Shown piece by piece: positions 57,991 through 64,000 of a DNA stretch of 64,000 bases; the stretch's first letter is position 1; the number at the start of each line of letters is the position of its first letter. Below the pieces are notes generated by a model that saw only the letters and a program-made list of their open reading frames with translations, was not told the origin of the DNA and searched no databases. The position numbers and the translations under genes were made by a program. The DNA comes from Eledone cirrhosa (Eukaryota), in NCBI GenBank assembly GCA_964016885.1, contig OZ024742.1, positions 85,188,001 to 85,252,000 of the forward strand, read 5' to 3'.

Positions 57991-58422
57991 ATATATTTAT
58001 TGATAATAACAACAATTCAAAATTACAGGTCTGTTTGGGAACAGAGTTCAAATTGACCAATGGAAACACAAAAAGTTTATACAGTTAGGTGTATGTATAT
58101 ATGTAAGTAACTTCGTTCACAGATATGCATAAAAATATATGTTCACATGCATATGCATGCCGAAAAGATGTATGTAAATACAAAAATTCAGGGCTAATGT
58201 CTCTGTATGTTTATAATCTACAGATAAAATACGTATACGCATATAAACACATAAATATAAAAATAAATATATACACATTCATATACTCACACATATACAT
58301 ACATTCACACACACACGCGCGTATACGCATAAACATACACACAACCACGAACATACATACACACACACACACCCACACACATATCTACTCTTGGTAGATT
58401 TATCTACATATATATATATATA

Positions 58423-58451
<29 letters not shown>

Positions 58452-58453
<2 letters not shown>

Positions 58454-59410
58454 CAATATCTTGAAAAGGTAACACATCAGAGAGAGATATACAGTGCGCT
58501 ATCAATAAAACAGGGGAAAAAACCACCAGTGTATGGAATCTATAGCCTATGAAAAGCAGACTATAGACACGATAATTAAAAATATAAATTAAAGCGTATA
58601 TAATACCTCTATAACTATTTAATACACGTACAAATCCTAAGATACTAATCCGAAGGTATGTTTCACCAGTAATTTGTTGAAAGAAATGGGTTAGCCTCGG
58701 TTCATTAGCGTGTGAAAGGCTATACATTTCAGACAACACCAAGAGAGTTTTAAAATTGTCTGTCCAGCTACACGTGGGGTAGAGAAGTTACAGCGTGTTT
58801 AAGGGCAGTGAACCAGTGGCCTGTGAGGGACAAACTGCTAGAAAGGGAAGCCCAAACAACTCAGAGAAGTGTGATCAACCAAACAGAGATAGGAAAGACT
58901 GTTATTAGGAGCGAAATATCACGATGAATTAACGGAGGCATAGGCCCTCGCTATTCCGTGTAAATAATGTGCTCAAAGGAGAAGAAATCATGAGCTCTAT
59001 AAAATACAATATGTTGAAAAGGTAACACACCAGAGAGAGATATACAGTGCGCTATCAATAAAACAGGGAAACAAACCACCAGTGTATGGAATCTATAACC
59101 TATGAAAGGCAGACTATAGACACGATAATTAAAAATATAAATTAAAGCGTAAATAAATACCTCTATAACTATACAACACACGTACAAAGAGAAAGATACT
59201 AATCTAAAGATATGTTTCACCAGTAATTTGTTAAAAGAAATGGGTTAGCCTCGGTTCATGAGCGTGTGTAAGGCTATACATTTCAGACAACACTAAGAGA
59301 ATTTTAAAAGTGGCTGTCCAGCTACACGTGCGAGAGAGAAGGCACAGCGTGTTTAAGGGCAGTGAACCAGTGGCCTCTGAGGGACGAACTGCTAGAAAGG
59401 GCAGCCCAAA
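58452..59410. repeat. Direct tandem duplication (~405-bp copies, 58452-58856 and 59003-59410)
   Basis: Diverged direct copies, bounded by (TA)n on both outer sides. Confidence 0.88.
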
Positions 59411-59418
59411 GCCTTATT

Positions 59419-59489
<71 letters not shown>

Positions 59490-59497
59490 TTATATAT

Positions 59498-60743
<1,246 letters not shown>

Positions 60744-60781
60744 TTTTTTTAAATTTTTAAAAAAAATTTTCTTATTTTACG

Positions 60782-60872
<91 letters not shown>

Positions 60873-60961
60873 AACAAATCACTATCCGGATGGCTTCCAA
60901 AAACAATGGATGCATTTTAATAGGGTACGTCAAAGCTTATTTGTAAAACTGTTATATATTG

Positions 60962-61026
60962 TATTTTGTCTGATGAAGGCATACCATAATTTAATTTGGT
61001 ATCCCTGAAATATGTATAATGAAATA
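60962..61026 (+). ncRNA. Type I hammerhead ribozyme (family A, single-arm copy 60885-61158)
   Basis: TATTTTGT-CTGATGA-AGGcATACCA..TGGTATcCCT-GAAA-tatgta-TA-ATGAAATA. Confidence 0.78.
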
Positions 61027-61183
61027 AATATGGTTTTATAAATATAGTTTGCATTTATTAATATCGTATATCTACTCCAAATACTTGTCGAGTCCTTTAT
61101 ATCAGTTATGAAAATATTTACTTGTTGTATCCCAACAATTTTAAATAGAACTTTTGCATATATATACACATATATATATATAT

Positions 61184-62063
61184 CAGTATGTATACGTACA
61201 TACATATATGTATACATACGTACAGTAGTATGTATATATATATATATATATATACATACATGCACACATATATATATGTACGTATGGATTCACCTAACAT
61301 TTATTATAATGCTCGGTGTGTGTGTAAACAAACATAACCATTTAAGCCGTACAGTGTCTAGCAACCATCGTTGCTCATTTGTTCAACACTGACAAAGGAA
61401 CGCTGTATTAGTGTCAAGCTTATTAGCTATCCTCAGCAAAGTATACCTTCCTGCCAGATGGCTGAACGTCTGAAGGTATATACTTTCCTTATGCATATTA
61501 ACGGCTGAGCATCCTAATTTGCATACTGTGTGAGTTAATCGGCCGGGGTGCAGAAAATGATAAACGGAAAAAATGAAACGACATTTCATTTCTTACTCTT
61601 AGTACGGCTGTTACTTAAATATATGTATATATATGTACATCCATATATGTATAAAGACGTACAATAGTATGTATATATATATACTAGGCTGCTGGGCCGT
61701 TAATATGCATAAGGAAATTATATACTTTCAGACGTTCAACCATCTGGCAGGAAGGTATACGTTGCTGACGATAGCTAATAAGCTTGAAACTAGTGCAGCT
61801 TTCCTTTGTCAGTGTTGAACAAATGAGCAACGATGGTTGCTAGACACTGTAGGGCCTAATTCGGGATGTTTGTTTACAAACACACCGAGCATTATAATAA
61901 ATGTTCAGTGAAACCATACGTACATATATATATCTGTGCATGTATGTATATATATATACATACTACTGTACGTCTGTATACATATATGTATGTACGTATA
62001 CATACTTATATTTAAGTAACAGCCGTACTAAGAGTGAAAAATGAAATTTCGTTTCATTTTTTC
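61184..62063. mobile_element. Complex inverted-repeat HHR element
   Basis: 61184-61516 mirrors 61685-62005, and 61565-61623 mirrors 62007-62063. HHR copies lie at 61402-61440 (-) and 61761-61799 (+), each with one core lesion. Confidence 0.8.
61761..61799 (+). ncRNA. Minimal hammerhead, cleavage site mutated
   Basis: GTTG-CTGACGA-tAGCT aata AGCTt-GAAA-ctag-TG-CAGC; the mirror copy has TA at the cleavage site but GACA in place of GAAA. Confidence 0.6.
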
Positions 62064-62301
62064 TTTCTATATATATCGGTACAACCTATTCGGTTCATTC
62101 AGTTTGCATAGGTTGCATCGATATATATATATATATATATATATCCGTGTGTTCTTGTATGATGGCCCTATAATGATGAGAAGACTCCTCAGAGTAAGGA
62201 GACAATTGCCCTTGTTTTTTTACTGAGTCCAATAATGTGTGATGGTGGTCATAACCTCAATAAAATAAAGTGATTTTAATAAACTATCTCACTCTTTTTC
62301 A

Positions 62302-62433
<132 letters not shown>

Positions 62434-62462
62434 AGAGATAGATTGAGAGAGAGAGAGAGACG

Positions 62463-62598
62463 TAGAACACTGGAGCGTAATAACCGTAGTGGTAGAGCTT
62501 CAGTCCATGGGACGAGTTTGGTAGAAGTTTAGTTCACCATACCGGTATGGTGAACTAACTGTTGTGTTACTACGTCTCTCTCTCTCTCCCCCCCCCCC

Positions 62599-62633
<35 letters not shown>

Positions 62634-63030
62634 AAAGAGATTACGCAATAGCGATTGCCTAAACTTCAGAAATGAGTTCTTCACACGTTGTTAACACGTC
62701 TGGAAACACCTCTTCCATAACTACAAAGCTCTGGATTGAATTACAACAACATCCTAATCTTCTCATCAACGAGAAACTTTCGGAATTTCGCAGTTATCTA
62801 CCTTACACCTCTCGCACGCAATTTAGTATTGCCTGAGTGAAGTGACCGTTTCTGCGCATACGCAGTTGTCCTTCCTGTTCCGTATAACCATGTTCGTTAC
62901 GAGCTGAGGATCCGCTAAGGTGAAACAATTGTTCTCGGTATGGTGAACTAACTGTTGTGTAACCACTTCTACCTAACTCGTCCCATGGACTGATTGCTCT
63001 ACCACTACGGATATTATCTTCCAGTGTTCT
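62463..63030. mobile_element. Inverted-repeat HHR element with an internal 30-bp perfect palindrome (62529-62558)
   Basis: 62463-62545 mirrors ~62937-63030; same family as 26243-26357 and 16395-16535. Confidence 0.75.
62900..62937 (+). ncRNA. Minimal type I hammerhead ribozyme
   Basis: CGAG-CTGAGGA-tccgctaaggt-GAAA-caattg-TT-CTCG; stem II is very short. Confidence 0.65.
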
Positions 63031-63304
63031 ACCACTATATATATATATATATATATATATCTTAGTCGTAGATTCTTCCGCGCAGTTTATCCCAGGTTCA
63101 ATCGGGTTTAACCACAGTAAGTAAGGTACTTAATACATAGCAGAGTATAAATATTTAATATAGAAATTGTTTCGGGCTTTCCTGATGATTTCCTCCGAAT
63201 GAAAATCCTAGACCTATACAAGCCATTTATATATATATATATATATATGAATATACACACACACACACATATATATGTATACACATATATGTATACACAC
63301 ACAA

Positions 63305-63355
<51 letters not shown>

Positions 63356-63399
63356 AATACAAATGTACACAAATATAAATATACACATATGTGTGTATG

Positions 63400-63443
<44 letters not shown>

Positions 63444-63444
<1 letters not shown>

Positions 63445-64000
63445 TAGCAGGGGTACCCGGCGTTGCGCGGGATAAGGTATTTTGGAACGCGGGCCACCAA
63501 CATACCTAATCGTGGAAAACTGTATGCCTGGACAGTATGTAAAGAAAAAAAAACACAATACTCTGATGGCTGGATAATCTTTAAGATTTTAGTCGATGAA
63601 GCAGGAAAAACGCTGGTTTCCACCTAATGCGGGCCCTAGGGTATCAAGAAAATGATTATTTTTTATGTGCAAAATATGCCTTGAAATTTAGGGAAAATCG
63701 GCTAGACGTAATGCCTGGAGAAAGCCCTAAGAAGCTGTACAAATGATGTTTTTCACCTAATGCGGGCCCTAGGCCACAAGTAAGTTGGATTTTCTTTGCT
63801 TGCGGTATGAGGAAGAGACTGGCTAATGCATAGTTGCAATTTCAAGGAAACTGGTCCGACGTAACGCCTAAAAAAATCCCTAAAAATCTTAAATAAACGC
63901 AGTTTTTCACCCAATGCGGGCCCTAGGAGATAAAAAAATATTGAATGAACCTCCCTGAAACATAAGTAATACACATGTAAAGTTTGAAAAAAATCGGTTG
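63444..64000 (-). mobile_element. Non-autonomous Helitron 3' end (continues beyond the window)
   Basis: Minus strand ends CCCGCGC-AAC-GCCGGG hairpin, 9 nt, CTAG|T. Internal repeats TTTCACCTAATGCGGGCCCTAGG x3 lie at ~63617, ~63751 and ~63905. Confidence 0.8.

Overview
AT-rich, microsatellite-dense animal DNA with no recognisable host exon. The repeated tRNA-derived SINE resembles those of octopod cephalopods (inference, not searched). The window is a transposon graveyard. It holds five Penelope-like element (PLE) coding remnants, two RTE LINEs, two R4/Dong-like LINEs, one Tx1/L1-like LINE, one CRE-clade LINE, two non-autonomous Helitrons and about ten SINEs. The most striking unannotated signal is about 15 minimal type I hammerhead ribozyme (HHR) motifs from about 9 unrelated sequence families. 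Most sit in short non-coding fold-back elements in or next to (TA)n tracts, always with the ribozymes pointing outward from the centre. Two families carry a compensatory U3:A8 core, and one has a very long stem II. All motifs and coordinates were read by eye, and element boundaries are approximate.
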